This document shows positions 42,658 to 59,166 of a stretch of 64,000 nt of DNA, in pieces. Within the stretch, counting starts at the first letter, position 1; the number at the start of each line of letters is the position of its first letter. The DNA is from Dimorphilus gyrociliatus. Lineage: Eukaryota; Animalia; Annelida. The notes beneath the pieces were generated by a model that was not told the DNA's origin, searched no databases, and saw nothing but the letters and a program-made list of their open reading frames with translations. The position numbers and the translations under genes were made by a program. The stretch spans positions 3,478,684 through 3,542,683 of the forward strand of contig CAJFCJ010000019.1 in the NCBI GenBank assembly GCA_904063045.1. Direction: 5' to 3'.

Positions 42658-44700
42658 AAGGGAACACATTTTCCGTTGAATTGGCAAACTTTTTTTTTTA
42701 AACAAACATAAAAAAAAATCTAAAAATACTGTGCAGGGAGCTTTTTACAATTTGTAATGACATTAATTTGTACAATTATTATTTTATTTGTATAGATATA
42801 CTCTATATACAGTTGTATATATTGCTTATGTATATCTCTTCTTCCTTCTCCTCCGACTATTTGTTATTTACTAGATAATTGATAATATTTTAGCATTTTT
42901 GGTGCTGCTTGATAAACTATCAGAAGCTTATTCCATTATTCGTCTCATTCATCATTTCATTCGATTACGTTGTGAATTAAAACGTTTTGTTGTTATCCTT
43001 TGTTGTTATTTCAAATAAGCATTTAGTAAAAACAAAAATAATCTATTGTATATTGTTGTCGTTGTTGTTTTTTTTGTTTTTTCTACTTAATATAAATTAT
43101 GACAATGAATATTCTATTATTTTCCCTATATCTGTAATTTATAGAATTTCTTCTATACTATAATCTAAATATACAGTATATACACATTCTTATTATCGTC
43201 TAAGTGGTAACAAAAAAAAAATAACCTTTCTATGAATAATACTAAGCTAAACGGAAAATTATAATAATAGATTCTAATAAAACGGTAACTAAAATGAAAA
43301 TAAAAGAGGAAGGAAGAAAAGAATAAATAGGATAATAGATTAGTCTTTTCATCATTTTCTTTTTAATCCAACTATCAGGAGTGAAAAAAAAAATCCAATG
43401 TAAGAAAATCGTGATAAGGAATTACGTCATCATAATGCTTAGTTTAAAGTTTTAAGTTTCGTAAAATTGAATCTATACATTAACGCTGACAAAGAGAAAC
43501 ATGGCTATCGTGTGCGTCTATTTAATTATGTAAATATCCGTCTGTGCTTTACCCTTCTTATTCATTTTTTTTCTTTTTTGTGCAAATGTTTTGTGTATTG
43601 ATGCGAAAACTGGAAATTTGCATTTAAAAAGAAAAACAATACATATATATATTCAATATTCTGCTTAAATCTCTGTTCAAAAATTCAAACTACGCTAAAT
43701 ATTGGTAATTTAATACTATTAAATGGAAAATTTTTTACCAACCCCCCACCTTCTCCACCTATCGCTCTCCTCTCTCTCTTTTCGCTGCTCTTTGTGCTTT
43801 TTTTGTGCAGTATCTTAGCTTGACACGCGTGCTATACGAACGCTCTATCTATTGTTTTCTAGGGCCATAAAAATAATATATTACGTTAGCTGTTAACCCT
43901 TAGCTGAAATCATGTGTTTATAGAATTTGTCAAATTTCCGGGAATTGAGAAATGATATAAATGATATCAGATTTTTCTTATTCAATGCAACAATACGGTT
44001 TTAAATAAAACAAAGAAGAGGAAGTTAGAAGACAAGAGAAATTTTATCTCTAACAGTGACTAAGGACTTATGAAAATCTAATTACTATGAAAGAAATTTA
44101 AAATAGCAGATGTTCTTAACGTTGATAAGCTATATAAGTAGCGAAAGTAGATTATACAAAACTTGACGTATATAAAATTTTCATCATCGATTATCTTAAA
44201 CATATTGAGACTGATCCCTTATCATGAATTATTGATGAATTGCTGTTCATACGCTTAAACTATTTTTTATACAAGAACAGATAGAATGTTAGTAACTAGA
44301 TCAGAGAGAGAGAGAGAGAATTACAGAGAGAAAATGTATTTTTGCAAAAAGAACAAATCAACCGCATATATGTATATTTATCGCCTTTTACGCACTTCGT
44401 TTACGAAATAATCCAAACAGCTGACGAAGCGTTTTTTAAAAAGTATACCTTGAAAATTATTTTGCAGTGTTTGCCATTTTATTGCCAATATGTCTTTTCA
44501 AATTAGCATTTAAATTAACCCAAGTATTTCTATGAAATAAGGCTTTTTTAATAATATGTTCTTCTCTTACTGTCTTCACGATTTAACGATAAACGCGATT
44601 CTGATTAATATTTTAATAAATTTTTAAATTTAAACTGTTATCATTTATATATTATGCTATTTATATATATATTACAGTCATTCTATTCATTTATATACAC

Positions 44701-44724
44701 AACAACAACAACAACAACAACAAC
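44701..44724 (+). repeat. (AAC)8 microsatellite
   Basis: Direct reading. Confidence 0.95.
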
Positions 44725-44895
44725 ATCAAAAAAAAAGACTAAAACAGCAAATTTTTCTTTATTAAAACCTAAAAATAGAAGAAATTAATAAAAAACAACT
44801 ATCATTTAAAAATAAAAAGGGTATAAACTATCGATTTGCAGTGCGAAAACTATTAAAATTTTCGTCGTTTTTAGAAATATTTAAAGGTTAAAAAA

Positions 44896-47800
44896 ATGTC
44901 GGAAAGTCAATCGGCAAGTGAATTAAATGATTGGAGAGTTTGTCATAAATCTAGGAATAAATCAAGTAATTTGATACGGAGAGGAATAATTCTAGTTTAA
45001 TTAATTTGTTGAATAAATTCGATATGTTTTTTCATTTAGAATCAAAGATTGGGGGATCAAGAGGTAATTTAAAAAAATCATCTAGTGTAAAGAATCCAGC
45101 AAAGAAGGTGTCGTCTTTTAAAAAGGCTGGATCGAACAGTCGACTAGCTAAAAAACCATCTGCGCCTACTAAAAAGTCGAAAGATAACTTGAAAAAGAAT
45201 AGTAAATATAATAGTGTGAGGGAAGTATCAAGATCTAGAAAAGATGAAGAAGAAGGCTGTTGTCCTTGTCTGGGGTCAGGGACACAAGAAAAAGGAAAAA
45301 GAGCTAAGGCTGTAAAAAGTGCACGAGGACGCTCGTCTCCGGTTTCACACAGAGGAAAACAAGGCGTGAAGCCAAAAGAAAAATTCTCTCCTTCCGTAGA
45401 CATTAAAAAGCCTGCATTAAGGAAGATATCTTCCAAAAAGATGAATAAGCCCTCCCTGCAAGTTCAAGAAACACTTTCCATTTCTAGGCCAGTAAAGCAA
45501 AGTCTTGAAGTACCAGTTGAAAAATTCCCCCCACCATCACCTCCTGAACTTCCACGAGATGATGACGTTGATAAGAGAAATACCGAACCGGATTTAATTG
45601 ATACAACAATCTCTATTAACAAAGAAACGGATGAGTCAGTACATGAGCAAAAGAAATTAGGTCAAACACCGTCCAAATTACAATCATCGCAAGATGACTT
45701 ACCGGTTACACCGGATAGGTTTACGTCAGAGGAGAAGAATGTCGAACAGATGCGTGCCGACAAGGAAATGGATAATTTAACACCGGTGGAACCTAAGACG
45801 GAAATTTCAATTCATTCAGATATTCATAAGAAAAGGACAGAGGAGAGAGAATTCTCTGAACCTCTTAAAGAGAATACAAATAGCTTAAAACCAGTTGATT
45901 CAACAAAGGAAAATAATACAAACTATTCAAAGAAAAAATATAGAAGGGATTTAATACCATTTTTCCTTAAAGGGAATTATGGTTCAGTAAAACCTCTATT
46001 CGAGCTAAATGATCTTTGGTTCAGATCAGTTGATGATTCAAAAGATTATATAAATACAACAACAATAGCAGTAGAACAAGCTGAAAAAGGTATATTTGAA
46101 ACCCTCGACGAAAATGATGAGTTGACAAAATTATTTATTGAAAAAATCAGTTTATCCAAAGAATTGTCTGACAAGGAATTTAAGTTAAATACTGAACTGG
46201 AAAATAAAAGGGAACTACGCCTACACTTTGCAAAAATCAATTCATTGACCTCAGATGGAAATTATAAACAAATTAGCACCATTTTTGATAGTTTATTAAA
46301 GGGACCTAGAACTATTTCAAAAACATCTCAATTGTCCACCAAATGGACGAAAGAACAGGCTCTCAATTCGGCATCTGTTCTTTTTCAAAAAATAACTAAA
46401 AAGACAGAAGAAAAGGAAATAAAACAAGAAAAAGAGCAGGAAAAAGAGCAGTCTAAAATAAAAACTAACACATCCATTTCAACGAACAACGAAGAAACAA
46501 AAGAGAGCGCTTGGCAGCTCGCCAAACGCTATGACTTTTCCTCGGATCCAAACTTTGAGGAAAAGAGAAGGAACAATAGAGATAAATTTCTAAAACTACT
46601 TGAAGAGCATACTTTATATAAAGGACCAACGAGAGGATCTTACCAGATGCCCATAATCGATTTTCCCTTATCAGTTCCAGCTCTTAATAATAACGTATTA
46701 GGAGACAACCAATTAAGGGATCTGTATTTATCCCATTGGAGGAAATTAGTACCTAATTGTGAACCGAACTTTTCTGCTATTCCAAAGCTAAAATTTATCA
46801 ATCCTTCTTTTATTACTTTGGTAAAAAGTAAACAAACGGAGAATATAGTGCTTTTAGGTGTTGGTAAAAAGTCGATAGTTGTTGCCGGCTATATGCAAGA
46901 TTCAGGAAATTCAACGTCCGAAATATTGATGGAATCGAGTTGGAATTTGCAAGTTGAAGGACGCCTCAATAATTACTCCGGGAGACCGACAGTTATTAAT
47001 AATTGTAATGCTACCGGTCAATTAGCGGTTGCAATTAAGATATATAAGGCGTCTTCGAATGATGCTACGGCTGTCAATTTAGTGAAAGAGGCTGTTATGA
47101 TGAATTACGCTAATAGAAATGTTAAATTTGGTGGCCCTCAATTTATGGGCTTGGTTAATTTATCGAGTAATAAGGAATTTCTACCGATTGGCATTGTAAG
47201 TATACTAAACGGAGATCCAGAGACTTTTGAAGTTGTTACATTGGACCGTTTATTATGGCAAGAGGTGTGCAGTCGACTAGAAAACCCGCCAAAGCAAATA
47301 CTCGAAAATATCCGTTGGATGAAATTACTTCTCAACTTGACGAAACTTTTGCATAAGTATCATCGTCGTCTTATTGTTCTTAATAAGCTGAGGATGAACT
47401 CTATCGTTCTGAGATATATCGACGGAAAAGGTTGGACTAATCCAAAACCAACCAATTTATCCGAAGCTACGTTACTCAAAGGATACTCAAAGTGCCTTAA
47501 TTATCAACTTACAACTATTTCTAAGGTTAAATCGAACGGAGCAGGTGATACATTAGCTACTGAAAATAGGTCGTTTTCAGCCGATATTACCGCCCTTGGT
47601 AATATTATTAGAGATGTGAATTTAGCTCTAAATCTGGGACTAGAAGGCATAGTTGAGTATATACAATCAGATACACCGACGCGTGATTATTGGTCAACTT
47701 GTGATGTGATTGAAGCCCTGGAGGGTGCTATGCGTGAAAGGCAACTTGAAATGAAAAAGAAAGCTGAAGAAGCCCAAGTGGCGCCTTCTGTCGGAGTTGA

Positions 47801-47942
47801 GAAATTAAAGAATCTTTTCCGAACTTCCATACAGCAACCGTTAGAGGAGAAAACAAGCAAAGCATATGCTACAATCGGAACAAAGTATACATCAAATTCT
47901 TCCATTAGCGGAGATTTTTGCTTTAAATGCTGCCGCCGTTAA
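44896..47942 (+). CDS. About 1000-aa protein with a Lys/Ser-rich disordered N-terminus and a C-terminal degenerate protein-kinase fold (pseudokinase)
   Basis: A short first exon (ATG 44896) splices in frame to the 978-codon ORF. Kinase landmarks LGVGKKSIV, VAIKIY, LVKEA and SADITALG appear in order; HRD and DFG are absent. Confidence 0.6.
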
Positions 47943-48159
47943 AGCTATAAATTAATAAAGTAGTAAAAAGAATAGTTTAAAAAAGGACTTACGAACAGTT
48001 AACAGAAACGTTAAAACAGGCCAACATTGTGACTGTCAACAGTAAAGTAAAAAATGTGCTAGTTATTTTTTTTTAATAAAAACACATCTTGTTAACATAT
48101 ACTGTAAAATTATTAATGTAAATACACTTAATAAAAAAAGAATAATGTTAATTTGGTAT

Positions 48160-49421
48160 TTAGTCGTATGGTGATGGAGGAACGACTCCCTGAGCTAAAT
48201 TTTGTCGAATTTGCCACCTCAAATCCTTACGTTTCTTTTCAGACGGAACTTGATAATTATTACCAGAGAAAACTTTGGGTTCTTTTTTAGTGACTACATC
48301 ATCTTTGTAAAGCATTAATTCTCTTATGTTCCATCTTAGTTCTTTGTGCTGCTTTTCGCCAGGCGCTTTTTGTTTTTTCCATATCTCAGCATACTTCTGA
48401 TGTTTAGCGACAGGATCACACTTTCTAACATTTTTATTATGAGGGTTAATCATCATTGGTTTAATAACCGATCTTGGACGGTCGAAATTTTCATCGATTC
48501 TAAACATTGGCTTAAAAAATAATTGTAACTTTTAATTTTAATTCACATCTCTTAAGATATTAAACAGCTAACCTGTAAATTGCTTGACTGAGGAGGGGCT
48601 GATTGGGGCCTGACTTGAGTATGCTTTTCTTGTTCTTGGTACGCTCTAGCTCGTAAATTGGCCAAACGTCTATTAACTCTTTCGACAACATCGTCTAACA
48701 GAAGGTATGATGTTATGAAATATATTATAGAGAAACTTATTTACGAACCTGCTTCACTCTCAGTAAATGATTCGTCAATGATCGTTTTACCCTCATCTTT
48801 TCTAAGCGTTTTCCTTTTCATAACATTCGATTTAGTAACGCGAGGAATAGATGGTTCAGTATCATAATCTGATGTCAAAAAACTTGTTTCATCCTCGTCT
48901 TCGTCTGTTAAAGTGGCTGATGTTGTGGTACTAGACATATTTGCAGTCGGAACTCTAACAGTTTTCCCATTTTCCTGTAAACAATTTAGAACTTAGATAT
49001 GAAAGAGAGTGCTTTTTTCATACTTTTCTGAATGTCGGAATGTCTTTCATATTAGACTGGATGCCATATGTACTCTTGAAAACATTTCTATTCACGGGAT
49101 ATGTAACTTTAGGATCATAATTTTCCTTAACGTTATTGGATCGAGATACGATTGGTCCTGATGATTCGCTAGTCTGAGACGAAGTTTCACTACCGGCTAA
49201 CGAATTACTTTTACTCCTCTCACTTTCTACTAATTTTTCAAGATCTAGGGAATGGTAACAAAAAGTATTAGGTGTAAGTTAACAAAGAATATTTAAACTC
49301 CACCTTTCTTAAAAGCTATTAATCTATCTCTTGGCACATTCCTGTAACCGAAAGTTTCTAATTGCTCCTTTATCTCATCTTCAGTAAAGCCTAGGGAATT
49401 TTCAGAAGGTGTGCGGGACAT
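48160..49421 (-). CDS. HYLS1: Centriolar/ciliogenesis protein HYLS1
   Basis: N-terminal FTEDEIKEQLETFGYRNVP. C-terminal KCDPVAKHQKYAEIWKKQKAPGEKQHKELRWNIRELML...NNYQVPSEKKRKDLRWQIR. Confidence 0.9.
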
Positions 49422-50201
49422 CTAGAGAAACAATCAACTTATCAAGCGTTTCAAAACAAGTTAAGACTTGCCAACACATTAAGAAATTTAATATTGCAAA
49501 CTTAACAAATTTTACCACTGATCAAAGCGATATAATATCTAAAAAATCTCACAATAATTATTTTCTATTTTTGATATCTTGATGCTGATTTTTATGATGG
49601 AAATTCTGGTTGGAAATGTTGTTCTATTCAAATATCAGCCATATTTAAATTTTAGCAAAACATTCAACCTCCCAGTAACTAAAACTGGTTGAGATTCGGG
49701 GGTCTGCCTAAATCACAAGAGAGTCAGCAACTTAATCTATAAAGTTATATAAATCTCTAATTCAAAATTTAAATCTTGATGGTTTGGATTCCACCAAGTA
49801 ATATCAGATAATAAGATAATGTGTAATTGTTTGAAAATATTCTTCAAAACAGATAAAGCAATATAGATGACAATAGAAGTTTGTTTTAGACAATTAAAAA
49901 TGTTAGATTTGGTTGAGTCCAATAGATGTATATTTTAGCAACGTAATTCAACGTTGACACAGAGAACGTAATAATAGAATATAAACTCATATTTCTGATG
50001 TAATAATACGTAATATTTTAATATATATATAAAGATTTTACCGTTTATTCACGTAATGAGTGTCCTTTTATGACATAGGGTATATATTCAAGTAAAAATT
50101 ATCATACATGTGTTTGGATGGCGACAAAAGAGGCTTCTTACTAAAGCCACTTCGCCGATATATAGGTTTTTACAATAAATCTGTAATTTATTTTCAGAGA
50201 T

Positions 50202-51608
50202 ATGGCTGAACAAACTGTTTCAAAAGACTTGGAGGACGTCAAGATCGAAGATGATAGAGTCGATCCATGGAAAGTTGAGTGTAATTCTCTAAAGGGAATA
50301 GATTATGATAAACTTATAAGTAATTATTATCAAAATTTTAGTATGAATGTATAAATGTATATTTGTTTTCGTTAATAATAGAAACATTTGGAAGTAGTAA
50401 AATTGATCAAGCATTGATTGATCGAATTGAAAAAATAACAGGCAAACCTGTTCATCCCCTTTTGAGAAGAGGCATTTTCTTTTCTCATAGGTAATTTAAG
50501 TTTATTTCATAACGAAATACAATACTAAAGATGGAATATTTTAGAGATTTAAATATCATTTTGGATCTGTATGAAAAGAATCAGCCATTCTACTTGTATA
50601 CGGGTAGAGGTCCGTCTTCTGAATCCTTACACATGGGGCATTTGATACCATTTATTTTTACAAAGTGGTTACAAGATACCTTTGACGTGCCATTAATTAT
50701 ACAATTAACGGACGATGAGAAATTCCTATGGAAGGATTTAACCGTTGAGGAGAGCAATCGTTTAGCATTTGAAAATGCAAAGGATATTATTGCTTGTGGA
50801 TTCAACAAAGACAAAACCTTTATTTTCTCCGATATCGACTATATCTCTTCATCTAAGGCTTTCTACGTGCAAATGTTGAAAATTCAAAAGTGCGTTAATC
50901 TAAATCAAAGCTGTAAAATTTTTGGTTTCGACGAAACGAGTTTCATTGGCAAAATTTCTTTCCCGGCTATTCAAGCAGCCACAGCTTTTTCTGCAGCCTT
51001 TCCACAAATCTTTAACGGAAAGACGAACGTTCCCTGCCTTATACCTTGTGCTATTGACCAAGATCCGTATTTTCGATTGACAAGGGATATTGCACCCAGA
51101 CTGAATGCTCATAAACCGTCTCTTATTCATTCTGGTTTTATACCCGCTTTACAAGGAGCGACCACAAAAATGAGTGGAAGTGTTGCAACTAGTTCAATCT
51201 TTTTAACCGATACACCTAAACAGATTAAAACGAAAATTAATAAATATGCTTTTTCGGGAGGAAGAGACACCATTGAAGAACATAGAGAAAAAGGCGGTGA
51301 TTATACTGTCGATATATCATACAAATACCTAACGTTCTTCCTAGAAGATGACGAAGAGCTCGAGCAGATCAGACAAGTAAGTAAAAGTTTAAGATTTCTG
51401 TTATTGTTGTACTCAAACATATGTTTATTTCCCACTTGTCATTCCACAGGACTATTCGAGCGGAAAACTATTAACTGGAGAACTAAAACAGAAAACGATA
51501 AAAATAATACAAGGTATTGTTGCTGATCACCAAGAACGAAGAAAGAACGTTACTGACGAAGTTGTTAAAGAATTTATGAGTATTAGAAAGTTAGCGTTTG
51601 AATACTAA
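50202..51608 (+). CDS. WARS1: Cytoplasmic tryptophanyl-tRNA synthetase
   Basis: [66 protein letters not shown] and [13 protein letters not shown]. Confidence 0.98.
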
Positions 51609-51802
51609 ATATGTGTTTATTTCTCTCGCTAACCTGATCACCGGTCTCCAGTTTAATTTAATGTCTGAAATAGAAAAGTTGAAAAAAAAGAACTTTTCAT
51701 AAAATTAAAAGATTTTTTATTAACTTGAAAAAATAGAAAACAGAAAAAATAACATTATTATTATGCAATAATTCTCTCAGTTCATAAAGATAAAAATAGA
51801 TC

Positions 51803-53963
<2,161 letters not shown>

Positions 53964-55055
53964 TGTTGAAATTTTAAAAAGATATCGATTTTTAAACGTG
54001 ACGTTTAACAAAAGCGCTGCGAGCCTCCACCGTAAATAGACTAATCGAGAAGGGGCAACTTATTATATGCAAATAACCCTTACGGATGGAACGAATCAGC
54101 TACGAGGCCATTCTTGCGATGATGTGATTGGTTAGGGCTTCTGACGATCCCTAAATGATTGACGGTTAAATGAACGGCGTTTAGAAAGCTGGACAAAATG
54201 ATTCTTAACGAGTGCATGTAATCTTGAATGAAATCGGACAAGATTACGTCGAACCGACCGAAACCGACTTTGATTATGATCAGCTATCGGGCGAAGCGTG
54301 ATCAGACCTTTCTCCGCGCTTCCTCGTCACCCTAGGAAGCCGCAGGCGTCCAGACGACCAAAGCACTTTGATCGAACATTTCCGTGTATCTTAGGCCTGT
54401 GATCATCAATTTGCTAACGAACTCTTCATTTTCATTAATCGACTCGTGAAAAACTGATAATGACTTCCTAAGGTAACAAGTGGAAACATTGTTCTCCTTG
54501 TTTTTAAGAGAAAGTGGTGCTAGCGTAAAATGACGAATTTTTAGGGTCGAAAGGAGTCAACAACGGGGGGTGGCAGGTGGAGCGCGCTTTAGCGGCAATG
54601 TTTGATGTTGGACAGGCCGTCGCGTGGGAGGTGAGAAATGCAGGTATGCGGGATCGGGAAGGTTGTAAATGAGTTTAATAATTCTTTAAATCAATTCGTT
54701 TAATTCTAAGGCAAGGCAATATAATTAAACAAGTATTTTGCGCTTAACACACTCTTCTAATGCTTTCCGATAGCTCCCGCAGCTACTTAACCCTTTTGTA
54801 TGCGTAACAAACTCTGCATTGTTTGAGGGCTTCCAATTGTTACTCTCAAGTACTTCCTTCTGTTTTTCGACTTAAACAATTCGCATTCAATCTGTTCGTT
54901 CTGTTTTACCTTCCGACATTCAACACGTTGAACGTTTAATTTCCGCAAAAACAATTAAACAAGTAGCAATAATTTTCATAATAGCCTAAATGTTTATTTT
55001 ACGGTCCCGCATCCTACAATTGATTTATTTCAAATGCCCTCCTCTCCCTCTCCCT

Positions 55056-55086
<31 letters not shown>

Positions 55087-55539
55087 CCTCTTTAAATGTT
55101 CAATTATAGAGCTTATAACTATTCTTAGAAAATTGATTGAAGAAGTCACAAAGGTCTTTCTCTATAAGAGCAGAGTTATATACTTCTTAGAAAACTTTCC
55201 GATCAATGTCATAGGTGAAGAGGTTGAAGAGTAAATGAATAGCAAATGTTCTACTTTTGAGACTACTTTATTGAATTATGATTACTAATAGTTCCCTTGA
55301 AACTTAAATGCTACCTAAACTTCCTCTATCTTTAAAGTATTACGTAACTTTTTATCTTTAGCGGTTTTTGAAAAGTTTATTGCTATACAATGTTAATTTG
55401 TTTTATTCACTTAATCAAATCTTCATTGAGCTTTATTGTATCGAGATATATGATTATCTCTCTGCTCCGCTGATAATCTATCGTAGCTTATTTTCAAAGC
55501 TTTTTGGGAAGCAGTTATAGGCAGGAGGAAAAGAGAAGA

Positions 55540-55542
<3 letters not shown>

Positions 55543-55572
<30 letters not shown>
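55543..55572 (+). repeat. (TC)15 microsatellite; a further CT-rich tract lies at 55036-55089
   Basis: Direct reading. Confidence 0.95.
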
Positions 55573-55576
<4 letters not shown>

Positions 55577-57803
55577 CTCTTGCTCAAGTATACAACAACA
55601 AAAAACGTTAAATTCTATAAAGAAATCAAAAAGCATTAAGTTCTCAATAGTAATATTTTACGTAATATAAAAGTTTTCTGAATGCTAGACTCTTTGTATA
55701 CAAAATATACTGAATGAGTTAAGGGAGAAGAAGAAGGAGTAGAAGAATAGGAAAAACGGTATTTTTAAAAACGGTTATTTTTATTCCTTTCTTCTATATG
55801 ACTAATTAAAAAACTATGTTCTTTAGCTGTCGTTTTTTCTCTCCTTCTCTTTTTTCTCTATTCTCGAAACTTTCCACTATTTATTAACTATTTATACATA
55901 CAAAACACAGTATATTATTATAGAGATATATATGTATTTTCTCTTTTTGGTATCTTCAAATAACATTATTTACTTTTATCTCAGTGAATAATAAGAGCCA
56001 ATCTGAATCCTTTTCGTACTCTTCGCACATTTTATAAACATTACAAAGTAGAAAGAAAATACTATTGTATTACATATTACAATTTGTTTGATTTTCTATC
56101 CAACTAAGATAATTTTTAAAGGTTCGTTTGTTCTTTTTATTTTTATTAAAAAAACAGAATTTTCGCTGCAGTTTGATGAATGAAAAAGAAGCGAAAAGTA
56201 ATTATAGCAATTAGCACTATGGAAAGTATTACGTAATCATTATACCGTTCCTCTTATGGGACGCATGGACTAGACAGATTACACAGAGATATACTCTCGT
56301 ATTTGAAAAAAAGGAATAGAATTTATTCCTTGTTCATGTGCTAAATACACCGGAAGTCTTTCACTGTTTGATAATACAACTCACTAATTAGAGTGTAATT
56401 TCATAAAATAGCAAAATAACTATATAATGATACAAGTAAACAACGTAAGAAATGATTAAAAGCATTGCTAAATCTTTTATTCATTGAAAAATAAACGTAT
56501 GAATACTAAAGAGAATTGAAATATGATATATCTATAGCATAAATAGAAAGCAGAAACCTTAAGTGTGTTATAATTAAAGGTATTCGTGTGGTATTTAAGT
56601 CACTCACCATTAAATACCTGCGGTAAAAGTTTTACGCAGACTGTTTTCAGTTTAAGTTATAAAAGAAATGATGGCATCTGGTTATCTTACGATCTTTTAG
56701 GAAGACATGATTATAATGTTGGCTTAAATCTTCGGGTCGAGATTTTCCCTTTGTTGTATCGAGTGTTTGGAACAATGTGCTAAGTATATAAATAGTTCGT
56801 TCAACAAAATAGATGATACTTAAAGTAGCATTCAGGGTCATAATCTCTTTAAGGTAATAAACTAATTATTTATGATTCTCCGTTGTATCTATTATGATTT
56901 ACAGGCTGAATGAATGAAATATTACACAAACCATAGATTAATAGAGCTTTCTCTTTTTCACTTTTAACGGTAAAAAGGAATGTTGTACCTGCTTTGCACT
57001 TAGTAAGGAAACACGCTTTCTGTGATATTTCGATTACGGAATATTACGTCACACTACCTCCCGTTACGGGAATAATTAAATAGATCGATAATATTATCAT
57101 TGTAAAAGTCACTTTCTGGAGCAATACTTTTCTTTAGACGAATGCCGACAGTCTTTACATTCAACTTTTAATCAATCGCAAATTAGTCGCTTCTTTCATT
57201 AACGTTTTCCATTTTTGTTCTTTTTTTCTTCTCTTCAAATGATTACCGACCAAAATATTTAAATAACTTTGTATTGAATTTATTTTAGTCATAATAATGA
57301 TTTTATAGCCAAAAATTGACAATATTTCTAAAATATCTGAATAATAGCTTGCACCACTATAAAGGATTTATAATACCCATTGAATAGAAGAGATAGAGAT
57401 AGAGTGAATATATTCTGCTTTTCATAAACAAAAAGTTTATATATATATATTTATATATAGAACGAAAATCTTTGCCTGGCGATTTGTTAAATAGTAAAGA
57501 AAATGTTGCTCTCTTTTAGTTTATAATTATGTTTTGAGTATAACCATTAGGGGAAGATCTTTTGCAGAATCCAAGATATGGACTTTATAAAGGAAGTGGA
57601 AGACTAACCAGTTTTGCCTATAATAGCGCCATCTATTGCTCATTGAAGAGCAACAACTGTGGTATATTTTGTGATAAAATTTTCATTGTTTTTTATTCAC
57701 TTATTTGCCGGCGAATAACCGATTTAGACAGGAAATAGCCCGCGAACCATTTTTGTGAACCATTCCACTTCGTTTTTTGAACTCTTTTAGGTTACAAGCA
57801 AAT

Positions 57804-58349
57804 ATGGCTGACTCCATAACAGTGTATTATACAAGCGTTTCAAGCGATATGCAGGTATGAAAAAATAATTTATATAGAGTTGTAATAAAACGAATAATTG
57901 TTATAAGATTTTCTATGAAGGAAGAATTACGCCATTTGCTTTTTAATAAAAAAAAAACATGATTTATGTATTAGAATTGTTTATATAATTGTGTTCTAAA
58001 GTAGAGCATAGTATGACCTTATCCATTTTTTTCAGTTGAAGCATAAGCAAACTTACATCCTTAATATTTTGGAGAGCAAAAAGATTGATTTTACTGTAGT
58101 TGATATTGCGGTGGAACCGGAAGCGAAGGAAAAAATGAGGGAAATTTTGGAAAATCCTAAAGCTATTCCACCACAACTATGCAAAGGAGATGTATACTTA
58201 GGGGTACGACTATTACTTACATAATAAATCATCAAATATTAAAATCCAATGAATAACTCAATGATTTTTTTTCGTCATCCATATAGGACTATGAAGCATT
58301 TTATGATGCAGTCGAAAATAGCGAATTAAATACTTTCCTAAGACTTTGA
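57804..58349 (+). CDS. SH3BGRL: SH3BGR-like glutaredoxin-fold protein, 3 exons
   Basis: MADSITVYYTSVSSDMQ|LKHKQTYILNILESKKIDFTVVDIA...MREILENPKAIPPQLCKGDVYLG|DYEAFYDAVENSELNTFLRL. Confidence 0.88.
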
Positions 58350-59166
58350 AAAGTTAAAGAGAGCCGAAAAGGAAACTATCAACTTTATATATGGCGCTTT
58401 GTTCTTTTATATATCCAATTAATATTCGCTGCAAAGGATATTTTATTAACGGAAACCATTTGAAACATCTAGTTTATTATTAATCTCTTGAAGAATCTTA
58501 TTTTTTTCTCTTTGACCAACAATTTATGAATGTTGGTGTAATTTTTATGATGTTCGTTGTCTATCTAATATTCTCATTTTTTGGTGTTTTGGCTTATTTC
58601 ACACGCTTGTTTTTCGAAAAATAAAACACATAATATACCTATTTATCATTCTATTTCTATTAATATATCAATATACATACTTGAATATGTTGTCGTCGTA
58701 AACAAATGCTAAGCCAAGACTGCTAGATTTATTCGCGATAATCGGCAATAATTTTAAGTAGGTTTAGTAGGGATGAATAACGTAATACTAATGAAATTAT
58801 GACTTAGTCTAAGTTTAAAGATGGTATGATGCTAATATGATAGTCATAAGTGTGGCAGCGTGCCAAATCTAATCGCTATGACCACCAAATCGCTATGACC
58901 ACTGAATATACTGTATATCTATATATAGATATATAACTATATTGTAATTATTATAGTATATAGAACACAGTTTTTCTCAATTGTCTTTTAATAGGCTTTG
59001 CCAGACAATAATATGACAATTAATATCAATCCTATCTAATTTGTGAATACCCTTGTCAGGAAAGGGTCGGGAAATAGGCCTATAAAGTAAAAAAAAAGCG
59101 CATACAGATCAGGTAACCACGTTAGCTCCTGTAACAACGTAAACAATAGACTTTTAAGGACAAACA

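Noticed and set aside
58871-58902. Direct repeat AATCGCTATGACCAC twice with 17-nt period (CRISPR-like or mobile element end)
   Set aside because: Only two adjacent copies, no spacers, and no cas or transposase gene; a simple local duplication.
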